From assembly GCA_958009085.1 (NCBI GenBank), contig OY253679.1, positions 930,001-994,000 of the forward strand: a stretch of 64,000 bases of DNA, written 5' to 3'. The notes beneath the pieces are model-generated. The model was given only the letters and a program-made list of their open reading frames with translations, did not search any database and was not told where the DNA came from. Positions 1 to 20,141 of the stretch are shown one piece after another. Numbering within the stretch: position 1 is the first letter of the stretch; the number at the start of each line of letters is the position of its first letter. The position numbers and the translations under genes are program-made. Source of the stretch: Protoeuglena noctilucae. Taxonomy: Eukaryota.

Positions 1-550
1 GCGCATCAGCAGCACGCTTGGCAGGCACGCACTCTCAGTCTCGGCACTAACAGGGTATATCCCCCGTGCCTCTCAGCCCGCCAGTCAGGGTCTGTAGTGA
101 GGTAACACCTATGCAACAACATGCCCTGTTTTGTCAGGCCCCGTCTTTAACAGCAGGAACAGGGCAGTAACAGGTTGGTAAGAGGGTGGTATTGCAGGGT
201 CTGTGGCAAGCCTCAGGTAACACCCCCTCTGTGCTCATCAGTATCCCACTCTCTTCAACCAGCAGCGTTGAATGTAACTGCCGAAGAAACGAACGACATG
301 CACCACAGCAGCACCCCGCTACCCCACATGCACGCACACGCCTCATCGCAAGGTGCCTCCAAGCTCTCTCGATTGCTCCCACAATCTCTCTCCCTCAATC
401 GCTCGATTGGGAGGAGGAGGAAGAAGATGAGACGGGAGCGGATGCCACGTCAGCCTGCAGGTAAAGGGAGGGGTAGTAAGAAATGTGGGTGGGTGGCGAG
501 GGGGGGGTTAAGCGCATCACACACGCCCACCCTCACAACCCCACGGAATA

Positions 551-3201
551 TCAAACCTTAACGCTCACCTTGTCCCCCTTTCCGCTCCCTGCTTCCTTCT
601 CCCCCCTCCGCCCCTCCCCACCGCTCCCCTCCGCCTTCACCACCCCCCCATCGTTCCCCTCCCTCTCCCCCTTTCCCTCGTTCCCCGATTTTCCCTCACT
701 CCCCGATTCCGCCGCTTTCCTGGCCCGGAACTTGTCCCCCTTCTTCTTCCTAGCACCCATCTCCTTGCCCTTGCCCGTCCCGCCCTTGCGCACCTCCTTG
801 GCCTGGCGCTCCTCCTCGGACTGCGATATAGATAGAGAGGGAATATAATATAATATAATATAATATAATCACCTTACAGGCGCATCGCTCCATTATAAGT
901 ATATTATTACTATTATTATATCAACCATATAAACACGCGCATCTACCCCTCACCAGCACGACCGGCTTGCTGCGCGCCTCGATGGCCTGGATCTTCTGCG
1001 TGATCGACGCCTCGATGCCTGGCTTGAGGGTGTTGCGCAATATGACCTGCTGTCCCGTGGTCAGCACGTTGTTGACCAGCCAGTAGAGGGTCAGCCCGCT
1101 GGGGACGTTCAAACTGAACCAACCCAACATGAGGGGCAGCGCCTGTAAGATGAGCTGCACCTGCTTCTGGCTCGGGTCGTCCGTGTTGGTCTGCAGAGGA
1201 AATTGGAAAATGGCATTTATGAAAATATATTATTATGATTATAGTAATAATGATGATATAACGCAGTGCGATGTTACCAGTTTCACCATGCACGCAGTTG
1301 TGTTAACCTGAAGTAAACAAATCCACCAGCTCATCACCCCTATTAACACCCCTCGCCTGCGGCGAGATGATCTTCTGCGATGCGTACTGCGACAGGATGA
1401 GCAGGACCGGCAGGATCAGGTACGCCCCCGCGTCGTGCCACCCCACGGGTGGCTGCCCATCCTCAAATGGGAACAGCCACGACAGCCCCGACCCGCCCTG
1501 TCGGTCCATCGCCGATACCGGGCCGCTCAATGTGGGGATCCAGAAGAAGCCCTCCTTCAGCAGCCCCTGGTCGGCCGCGTTGGTGAGGGCGCGGTAGAGG
1601 CCAATCCAGACGGGCAGCGTGACGAGGGTGGGCAGGCAGCCCGCCAGGGGGTTGACCTCGGCCTCGCTGCGGGTGTTTCAGGGGATGGGAGTTGTAACAA
1701 TAACAATGATTGTAATGAACATAAGTTACTGTTACTATCAGTTGGTCAAATGTTAGTCAATCAGTGAAGCGCCCTTGCTCTTTGCCAATCCACCAGTCGC
1801 TGCCCCGACTGCCTCACCGGTACAGCTGCAGCTGCTCCTGGTCGGTCACTCCCACCATCACTCTCACTATATCTATATCTATAACTATAACTATCGCTAC
1901 ACCCATCTACTTCACTCACCGGTACAGCCTTGCCGTCTCCAGCTGCAGCTGCTCCTGGTTGGACCCGAACTTGGCCTGCAGCTCCTTGATCTTCGGCTGG
2001 AGCACTTGCAGCGAAATGGTCGACTCCACTTGCTTCTGTGATAGGCAAACAAAGGGGGCAGAGGCGTGGGATGACATCGTGATTGATTGCCATTGTGAAG
2101 CAAGCGCGTCTGTGCATCACCACTGACGGTGCTCAGCATCCACAACACCACCCTCCTCTCCCCCATAACCCAGCCAACGCAGCCATCCGCCCCACCCACT
2201 GCACGCCCCCCCCCCCAACAAAAACTCACCTGGGACAGCGGCCATGTGACCAGCTTGACGGCGAGCGTCAACACGATGATGGAGAAGCCGTAGGCGTAGG
2301 GTACGTTGAGCCCCTCCAGGACCTTTTCGATGCCATTCAAGGCCGCCTCGAGCGGGCCCGCCAAGAAGCCAAGGAACCCGTTGTCCGGCTCCTGCGCAGC
2401 GAAGCGAAATAAGTGGATTATGGTCTCGACAAACTCCGCCGGGCGTTCGCCGGCGCGCGGCGGGCGCGGCGGGGCCGCGCGGCCACGGCGGCCATCCGAC
2501 CTTTGGCACGGCGTCCGTGACGGGGGCCACCGCATCCGCCACGTCCGCGAGGACCGCCAGCTGCGAGACGATCTTGTCGATGCTGTCCTGCGAGGGGCGG
2601 GCAGGCACACTGAACCTATCGGCCGCTGCGAGGCGACAAACACCGGGAGGCAGCGCACGGGCTGGCACGGGCGCGGGTGCGCGCGAAGACCGCCCTCCCT
2701 CCGCGACCGGCCTCTCTAGACCTCGCCCTTTCCCCCCGCCTCGGTCTATCGCGCTCCAGGGCCAGCGAGACGGCGGGGGAGGCTGAGGCCGAGCAAAGTG
2801 CACGCCCCGGACCACGGAGCGGGCACCGGTAGTCTCGGCGAAGGTCGCGTTTGGACTCTCCCGCGACCCTCGCGCGCGCACAGCATCGGGACGGCCGCGG
2901 GGCCCACAAGCGCCCGGCCTTGGAACGGATGACGCCCGCATTCCCCAGCGGCGCGCCCTCCGGCGACAATCGGGGGCCGGGGCGCGGGAAGGAAAACGAA
3001 CGTGGCGGGGAGCAGACGGGCAGGGCATCCGGCCCCACGGAAGCAGCCCGTCACCTCCAGCCCGGCCCTCTGCACGACCGCAGCGCGCGCTCGCCGCGAT
3101 GGCAAAGGCGCCGCGATCCCCATCACCCCCCTCCCAATCCTAATGCTCGGGGCCGCGCAAAGGCCAGCCCTCGCCGGCGCGGCCAGCGCGGCGGGCGACA
3201 T
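551..3201 (-). CDS. ALB3: Thylakoid membrane insertase ALB3/Alb4 (YidC/Oxa1 family), multi-exon, with plastid transit peptide
   Basis: Spliced exons give PDNGFLGFLAGPLE..VPYAYGFSIIVLTLAVKLVTWPLSQ, EVNPLAGCLPTLVTLPVWIGLYRALTNAADQGLLKEGFFWIPTLSGP, GWHDAGAYLILPVLLILSQYASQKII and LPLMLGWFSLNVPSGLTLYWLVNNVLTTGQQ, plus a basic tail with GDKFRARK. The ATG at 3201 begins an Ala/Arg-rich transit-like peptide; TGA at 551-553. Confidence 0.93.
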
Positions 3202-3581
3202 TCTGCGACCGGTCGCTCTCCAGTGGAAGCGGGACCCCTGCGCTGCGCGGATGCCCACGTCTACAGGCCTGGCGTGGTGAGAGCGTGCAGGGGAAGCCCC
3301 GCAGACCCATGAGGGCGGCGCCTGGCGACGTCGCAGGGAACACCCTGCCAGCCAAGGGATGCAGCGGCGCGGGGAGGGATTTTAGCTCAAAGCTGGGTAC
3401 GGGAACGCAAACTCGCGCATATGAAGCGGCTGCCGCGCTGAGCATCTCGCGGCGGCCGGCGAAGTCGCGCGATCCCGGGCAGCTTCCTGGCCCGCGCGTA
3501 AAGGCCCCGCCGAGCGCGCGGGGAAGCTTCGCAGCGCGCTCTTAGCAACAGCAGTCGGTTGCTGAGGCTCGCGTTGGTACA
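3202..3581. promoter_or_regulatory. Putative bidirectional promoter/5' UTRs, ALB3-ABCC
   Basis: Divergent start codons 380 bp apart in CpG-rich sequence; inferred from geometry only. Confidence 0.45.
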
Positions 3582-11995
<8,414 letters not shown>

Positions 11996-12790
11996 ATGAG
12001 GGAGTGAGGGGAGAAGCTGTGAGGGGGCGTGAAGGGGAGTATGTGGGAGAGCGAGCGATCGTAACAAGAGTGGGTGGAAACGCTACCCACCGTCGTCACC
12101 CTCTGTACGTTTCCTTTAAGTAGTACCACTCCCTTTCATCGCGTCGCGCCTCTTCTGTCTCAGCTAAGCAGCACGGACACTCTCGAGACACTTAGCCGCC
12201 CTCTTACCACGTTCTCTTTGTTTCAGTACCTGAGTCCCTCAGCCATGGCAGCGCTGCACCAACCGCGCACTCCGCGCCGCCCTCACACCCTGGCTGTCTC
12301 TCTTCTGTTTTCTCTCTTCTATTTTCATAGCCCCTCACCTGACATGGCAGTAATAGCTGGCTGTTCACCCCCGTTGAAAGTGCCAATTATATCATTTATT
12401 CCCGCACCCTTTCAACTCGTGTATAGTAGGTAAACATGTATCGAACATCACACCGGCACTCGCCCCCCAAAGGCGCGTGCTGCTTTTAGCATCAAGAAAG
12501 GACTGCCGCTCAGCACGCGCATTATTTGAAAACCGCAGCCGCTCCCTGGCAGCCGCTGACGGCCACTCCCACCCTCGCACCCACTCCCACACCCCGATAT
12601 CTCCCCACCCCGTCCCACATATGGCCCACACACTCTCAACTCCCTACACCCCACTCCCACCCCGCACCCCCGAACGCCCCGTCGCACCTCCCTTCCCACC
12701 CCACCACCGCCACCCCACCTCAGCCCTTCCCCCTCCCCATCACTTCCCACCACCCCCCATCACGCCCCACCCCACATCACGTCCTAACCC

Positions 12791-14983
12791 TCACACCCCC
12801 GCGGCCACCTTGACCCCCTTGAGCACGATGTCGTCGCACTCGAAATCGGGCTTCTCGCAGTATCGGCCCTTGGAATAGTCCTTGTTCCAGGAATCACGCA
12901 GGCCGTCCACGAGGTCGAACTCGGGCTTCCAGTCCAGGTCCACCATCGCCTTGGTCACGTCGGCGAAGAAGTGCTGGTCGCTGCGGATGGTTGGATAGAA
13001 TAGTTAGTATGAATTACTGTTGCTACCGTTTCTTAATACTGGTTGGTTCACAATGGTCATCATAGTGGTCATCAGCAAACCCCCTCCTCTACAGTACTAC
13101 AGTTATATATAATCATCACAGCCACTCACCGGAACGGGAACGCCTTCTTCTTCTCCGGGAACTTGCCCTTGAACTCCTTGGCGTTGTAGCGGACGATCTT
13201 GGGGGCCGGCTTGCCCGCGGCCTCGGCGCAGGCCTTGGCCAGGCCGTCCCACGTCACGGACCGCTCGCCCGAGATGTTGTAGACCTGGTTGTACGCGTTG
13301 GGGTTGTTCATGCACTGCAAGTGGACGGTGGGGATATGATGTGATCATCCAGGACTCACCACGCTCCCATTCCGTAATCTAATCATGGTTTACATGTGGT
13401 TTACACGTGCATATTTACTCGTGATTACCACATGCAACACACATGCTGCTGCCATCTCTCGCCTTGACGAACGCCACCGCCAGGTCCTTGACGTGCCCCA
13501 TCTGCGTGAGCTGCATGCCCGAGCCCGGGATGCAGATGGGGCGGTTGGCGGCGATGCGGTGGAAGAAGTACTCCTCGACTGCAGACGACAGATGAGGGGT
13601 AACGTTACGCCAACAATGGTCGGCATCGAGGTGAGGTCACCTCGATCAGCCATGCTCACACAAACACAAAGACCCACACACCCCCACCCCCATCACCAAT
13701 CTCACCCGGGTTGTAGTTGAGGGGCCCGTAGATGTACACGGGGCGGATGGACGTCCACCGCACGCCCGACCGCGCCAGCACCTGCTCGCTGTCGAGCTTG
13801 CCCTTGTGGCGGCACTCGGGGTCCACCGCGTCGCCCTCCATGTGGGGCATCTGGTCAGACCTGTTGACAGGAGGGCAGGGTGGGAGCAGGGTGAGTGGTA
13901 CTAACCAAGGCGGGTTGGGAAGAAGGTGGGGTGGTGAGTTGCCTAGACAAGGCGCAGCAGTGCCACGCTGGCAACGCGGATCGATCGGCTGGCTCCTCAC
14001 TTGAGGTAGACGCCGGCGGAGGAGCAGAAGATGTACTGGGAGAGGAGGGGGCAGGCGTCGATCACGGCCTGCACCTGCTCGCCCTCGCGGGCGTTGATGT
14101 CCATCACCACGTCGAAGTACTGCCCGGCGAGCTTACTCTTCATGTCCGCGTAGTCGTTGCGGTTGCCCGCGATGTGCTTGACCTGGAAGAACGAGGCGCG
14201 CGGCCGTGAGAGAGACGCTCGCAGCCGAACAAAGACGGCATCTCCGGCGAACCAAACGGCGCGCAATCGCGATCGCTTGCCTTGCGCTTGAAGTTCTCGT
14301 ACGAAATGTTCGTGTCGTCGGGGATGCGCTCGGTGACGGGCGTCTTGCCGCGCGTGAAGAGCGTGACGTCGTGGCCCTGCTCCACCAGCATCCGCGCCAC
14401 GTACTTGCCTGCGGGGCGCCGCGGGACCGGGAATCGGACGCGATACGCGGGGATCGACTACCGCGAGGTGTCTGCGACGTGCCGCGCACCGATGAAGCGC
14501 GTGCCGCCCATCATGAGGACCTTCATGGCCTGGGCCGAGCACGTGAGGCTGGTCGCGCGCGCCGACTGCGAGGGGACCCGACGGACGGACGCCACGCTCT
14601 TGACGAAGGCCACCGAGGGGGTGGAGGACACCTGCGGCGGGGCCAGGGAGCCTGGCGTGAGGAACCGGAGCAGGCTGCGCGGGCGCCCCTTATCTGTGCC
14701 CCGCAGGCGACGGACGGGCGCACGGCGACGGCCGAGGCCGCATCCGTCCCGCACGACGATCCAGAAACGACACCGTACCCTGGACCCCGGCGTCGCGGGG
14801 GCCCTGGGCTGCCAGTAGTAGGAAGAAACGCTGGGGCGCGATGCCGCGGCGACCCGGGTGCCCCCCGACAGCTCCCACCTTGCCGACAGCAGGCATCGCG
14901 CGGATCGCGCCCTCCTGCCGGCCGCTCGCCCTCGGCGTCGTCGCCCGAGCGGCAGAAAGGCAAGCAGTCACGGCAATCGGCAT
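12791..14983 (-). CDS. CSP41b: Chloroplast stem-loop binding protein of 41 kDa b (CSP41b/CRB, SDR/epimerase fold); first exon tentative
   Basis: KVLMMGGTRFIG/YVARMLVEQGHDVTLFTRGK, YIFCSSAGVYLKSDQMPH..RHKGKL, WTSIRPVYIYGPLNYNPVEEYFFHR, QLTQMGHVKDLA, KKAFPFRDQHFFADV..WKPEFDLVDGL. TGA at 12791-12793. The start (MPIA| at 14983) is inferred from a phase-0 GTGACT donor. Confidence 0.92.
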
Positions 14984-15223
14984 CGTTACGCGACGGGGGA
15001 CGGGACGCGGGTGCGCGGACGGTGGGTGACGATCGGTCGCAGGGAGAGCAGAAGCGATCGCGGCGGGGGAGGTCGCGCTGGAGGAAAACGACCGTTCTGG
15101 CCGTTTCTTGCGTCACCGAGATCGTTTGAGCGCCTGTCGCCGCTTGATGTCCGTGTCAAAACGCTTCTCCGCGATCGGCCAGGATGGCCATCGGCATCGT
15201 CTGTGAGTCTTCTTGTAGAATTC

Positions 15224-17232
15224 ATGTCTCTCGGCGCGTGCGCCGCGCATCGCCGCGCGCTGAATCCATGCTCGCCTTCCTTTAGATGCGATGCGGCTGT
15301 CGGTGCCCCTCCGAGATGGGGAGGGTTGCTGGCCCGGGCCCCCCGAGGCCGCACGGGGTTAGGGCGCATCCTCGGCCCCAGCGAGGGCGTCCGGGACCGG
15401 GCGCCGCGGTCGAGGATATGCGTATTCGCATCCTCAGGTACGCGACGAGGCCATGGCGCTCATCCGACGGCACCGTCGAAAAGCGCGAGCGACGTTGCGT
15501 CTCTCCACGCAGGTGCGTCTTTCCACGCAGGTGGGAGCTCGCCCGTGCAGAATTTGGTCCGCCTGCCCGTCTTCCTCTCCCAAACGGTCCTTCTCCCGGC
15601 GGGGACGGGCCTGCTCAGGGCGTACGAGCCGAAGTACGTGCGGTGAGTCCTGTCTTCGCAGGCGAATGCATTGTGCCACAGTTGGGAGCCCCGCGCGCCT
15701 TGCGAGATCGCGCTTCAATTCCGCGTCGCGCAGGATGTTCGAGGAGCTGCGCGCGGAGGGGTCGCGGGCGATGTTTGGGCACCTGTTGAGCCCCGAGCAC
15801 GCGACGGAGGGCATGCTGGGGGACGCGGTGGGTGGTTTGCCTCGCGTGGGCACGGCCGCGACGATAACGGATATCCGGGAGCATCCAGAGGGGGGTCTGG
15901 TGGTGGCGTACGAGGGCGTGAGGCGATTCCAGGCGAGCATTGCTGGGTGCGATGCTGTACGGTAGCAAGTGTCGCCTGGCAGCCTTTACCAGGGACCTGG
16001 CGCGTCGGCTGTGCTTCCCTGTGCATTCTGTTTTTTAATTTTATGATAAGTATGATTAGTACAGACACTGTATGTCATAGTTTTTCTATAATATGTGTAT
16101 ATAAAGTATCATAGTTATGATAAATATTATAATTATTATCGCCCTTCTCTCCCCGCATGTGATATCGGTGGACCCCTCTGAGCCCTCCGCGGCCCTTCAC
16201 GCGTGGGTGGAGTTCTTGCGCGACATGCATGGGCCGGAGGAGCAGGCGGGGGTGGATGCGATGGAGAGGGACCTGTGGGGGATGTTCCTGGAACTGGAGG
16301 CGGCACTGGTGAGCATAATCATATTATGGATAACATCACTATTCATATTTACATGCATGGAGTGGGACAGTATCACATCCCCATCCGCCCATAGCTGTCA
16401 TCTGACAAGTCATGCGACCACCACATGGATATTGCTATAAGTTTTACTATTCCAGACTTTTGCTATCGCTTTTGTTCCCATTCGCAGGTGGAGCTCGACG
16501 ACCCCGACTTCGGTGTCCGTCTCCCGGAGCAGCTGGTGCGGTACGCGCCGCCACGCATGCAGGCGAGGGCTTATTTGCATAAGTCATTCAATAAGTCATT
16601 GCATGGGTCATTGAATCCCCATCCCACCCCACACCCACCACCTTTACCCCCACTGCCACCCTTATCACCACCCCCACCCACACCCCCACTGCCACCCCCA
16701 CTGCCACCCCCACTGCCACCCCCACTGCTACCCCCACTGCCACCCCCTCTGCCACCCCCACCCCCCATCCCCGCAGTCTGCCGACAAGACCCAGCGCCTC
16801 ATCGACCGCGCGGGCTCCTCCCACCTCTCTTAAGCGGATGACACCTGGCGACGATCGGGGTCACCATCCAACACCGCCTCTTCCCAACCACCATCACCAA
16901 CATCACCAACAACCTCACCGACCTCACCGTCACAGTCACCCACCTCACCCTCATCCTCATCACCCCCACCCCCGCCCTCGCGCGTCATCGTTGACCCTTA
17001 CGCCGCAGCCAGGGAGCAGGCACTGGGCGGAGAAAGACAGGAGCTCTTCTCATTCGCTGCTTGTCAGATGGTTGATGCAAGCGCGGTGGAGAGGGCGGCG
17101 GTGCTGCGGGTGCAGACGACCGCGGGGAGGCTCGAGTGGGCCGCGGATAACGTGAGGCCGTTTTTGGATCAAGTGAAAACGAGAGTGGCGGTGGAGAAGG
17201 TGCTGAGGGGTGGGGGGGGTGGGGGGGCGTGA
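15224..17232 (+). CDS. LON peptidase N-terminal (substrate-binding/PUA-like) domain protein, probably organelle-targeted; carries an in-frame TAA (16831) and a non-AG acceptor (16156-16158), so possibly a damaged allele or pseudogene
   Basis: RLPVFLSQTVLLPAGTGLLRAYEPKYVR/MFEEL..VGTAATITDIREHPEGGLVVAYEGVRRFQ matches the LON-N pattern (LPlF..l.ifEPRY..M..G..RF). The C-terminal RQELFSFAACQMVDASAVERAAVLRVQTTAGRLEW matches the helical end of that domain. TGA at 17230-17232. Confidence 0.75.
16650..16760. repeat. Intronic 12-bp CCCCACTGCCAC minisatellite
   Basis: Tandem CCCCACTGCCAC-type units immediately upstream of the acceptor at 16775-16776. Confidence 0.85.
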
Positions 17233-17449
17233 GGGAGGGGGTTGTTGAGGGTGGGGGTGGTGTTTGAAGTGGAAGGGGTGCAAGTGTTGCGAAGGTGTCT
17301 CGGCAGCAGCGCAGGGGAGCTGAAGTGTTTTGAACGGAGTGCTAAATTTAGATTCAAACACCTCTAAAGCACGTGTCGGCACGGCGTGGCTCAGCGTTAC
17401 CGCCCTCTCTGCTCCCCATCACACCCCAGCCCTCTCCCATCCCTCCCCA

Positions 17450-19705
17450 TCACTTGGCACTCCTCAGCAACCGGTATCTCTCCGCCACCTCCTCTACCTG
17501 CGCCAGACTATCCAAGACCTCATCCTTTTCCAGACCGTGCTTTGCATACTGGTGCAGGTACGCCCCCGCCGACACCAGGGCACTGACGTGTGCCAGAAGC
17601 GGTGTCAGGGGCTCCAATACGGCACTCGAATTGGCGATGACGGAGGCACTCGTTTCGTAGCGGAGGAAGCGGCTGGGGTGGTGGGACAGGAGAAGGGGAG
17701 AGGGGGCGTGGCTGCGGGGGGGGGCGGGGGGTGCGGGGTGATGGTTGGGGAGGGGGTGTTGGGGTGGGGGTGGTGGTGATGGGATGGGTGGGTGGGGAGG
17801 GGCGTGGCTGTGGGGATGAGACATGGTGCAGTGATGTCTCAACTAATCCCTCATCAACATAACAGCACCCAGTCTTCATCTTATTCAAACCCCCATCACA
17901 CCTCACATCCCAATCCCCCTCACCGGTGAAACAACGCCTGGTCCCCAAATGCCGCCGCCGCGACCGCCCCCGGCGCCCCGTCTCCCCTCGTCGCCACCGC
18001 CGCCGCCAACGCGCGGTGCATGGATGCATCGGATGGGTCGCGACCACGGTAATGCCCCGCCTCCACTTGCGCACCGTGAGACATCATGCTTCTGGGGTGA
18101 AAGTGATGGGGGGGTGATTGGTGATTATTGAGGGTGGTTAGTAGTGGTGGTATGCAGGGGCTGTGAGGGTGGCGGTGGTGGTGTGGTGATGGGGTGGGGT
18201 TGGGGGTGCTGTGGGGTGACCCACACCCTCACTGCCACCCTCGCTGCCACCCCCACTGCCACCCTTGATGCTACCCCCACCACCACCACCTCCAACCCAC
18301 CCCAACCCTCACCTGAGCCTCCACAGCAGCGGCTCCCACCGAAAGACCTCAAAGTCGATTTGGTCAGCCGGCATCTGCGGCACAGTGGCCGCCCACAGCA
18401 CGCGGTACCCCGGGTGGCAACACAGGTGCTCTGATGCAGCTGTCAGGAGACGCAGGGGCCGCGAGGTCCGCAACACCGCTGCGCCTCCCGTCCCGTCGCG
18501 ATGCCTTTCCGACAAATGCCTTTCTGACAGATGATGTCTTTCTGGCAACGATGGCGAGGCGTTGGAATCTCCCGCAGTCCCGCCACCACGGCCTCTCCCA
18601 CTGGTCACAGTGGCAGCACGCGCGTTGGCGTCCCGGCTCGCCCCCACGTCCACTGCGCTGGGGAGCAGGGCGTGGGCAAGCGTGTGCGCACCCACCCCGT
18701 TCATGTCCCTGCAATGGGAATGGGATCAGCAGAAAGGATTCAGAAAGGATTTGAATAGCTAGTATTTTATATTGCTATATACTATGAGATGCGGGGATGA
18801 GAAGTAGACAGGCGACAGTGCGACTGTGCTGAAGCCTGACGGCCTGGGTACACGTGCAACAGCTGCCGCACCCACCACGCAACCGCACCCACCCACCCCA
18901 ACAAGCCTGGGCAGTCATGCTACAGCCACCGCATGGACAGACAACCCCCCCCACTCACCCGAACGAGGGGCTCGCGATGCGCAGCTGCTTGGTGCACACG
19001 GCGCTCAGCGCGTCGTTGCGCGTTACCACCACCCCGTCGCACGACGCCGCCAGTCTGGCGAGCGTCAGAACCGTGTTGTAGCTCTGGACCGTCACCTCCC
19101 CGTGCTGGTACGGCCACACCGCCTGACTCAGCAGCGTCGCGCTGGGGTACTCCTCTGCAAGGGCATCTGCCACGTACGCGCCCAGACCCGACCCCGTGCC
19201 CCCCGCCATCGACTGTAAGAGCAGGAAACCCTCGAACCGGTCGCATGCCTCGACCTCACGACGCACGGGGCCCTCCAGCACCGCCTCCCGCACCGCCGGG
19301 CCGTGGCGGCAGTAGCCCATCGCCCAGTTGTTGCCCGAACCGCCCTGCCCCACCAGTGCGCTGCGAGGGTCGTAGCTCCACGCTCCGCGACTCTGCCGCA
19401 GCGCCCCCTGCACCACCTGCGATTTAGAAGATACGAATATATGTGCATCGGCACCAATCCCGGTGTCCCGGGACGCGCGGGAGGGCCGCGCGGGGAGGTT
19501 TTAGCTTCCTCGCCTTGGGTTCCATGTCCACCAACGCCGCCCTCGCCACGAGCGACCCGCCCGATTTAGCCTCGCGGAAAAAGCTTTCCGTGACCTCGCG
19601 GCGGAAGTCCATCGGACCCGCGGCGGCCTCGCCCGCGAGCACGTCAAAGAGCGCGGCGCCCATTTGGTTGCCGCACTGGCCCAGCTGCACCGTGACCGTC
19701 GACAT
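17450..19705 (-). CDS. TUBD1: Delta-tubulin (UNI3/TUBD1), 5 exons
   Basis: MSTVTVQLGQCGNQMG..ARAALVDMEPK/VV..GSGNNWAMGYCRHGP..RREVEACDRFEGFLLLQSMAGGTGSGLG..VWPYQHGEVTVQSYNTVLTL..AYLHQYAKHGLE. These are delta-type tubulin motifs. TGA at 17450-17452. Confidence 0.93.
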
Positions 19706-20141
19706 GGCGGCCGCGATCAGCTGCAGATCGCACTCTCAGTGCGCGTGCATGACCGCGGCGACCCCGCGCCCGCATCGGGCGCCTCCCGCCGCAACCGTTC
19801 CCGCTCGCCCGATTGTCAAAGACAGAGGGCGCGCCCTGCCGTGTCGACCTTCCCGAGCTAAGCTGTAAAACGTCTGCGACTCGTCCACAACGCGACAGGT
19901 TTGGAATAACAGCCGTTTGCGCGAAGCAGCGGGTCCAACACCACACAGCGCAGGAAACGGGGGGCTCCTGGCGCAAGTGCACGCGTTTCCACGGCCCCGA
20001 GGACGGAAATCGCTTGCCTGTTTAATGTCTTCGGCATCGCTGCGCCCGCACGCGAGTTGGATGTCTCGGCGCTGAACTGCGTGCCCAACAAAGTTTTTCG
20101 CTGCCGAGCCTCCGCCAGGCGGCATTGTATCGTCAAACTCC

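Noticed and set aside
1..550. Short ORFs at the window start
   Set aside because: No recognisable motifs or consistent splice structure; probably ALB3 3' UTR or intergenic sequence.
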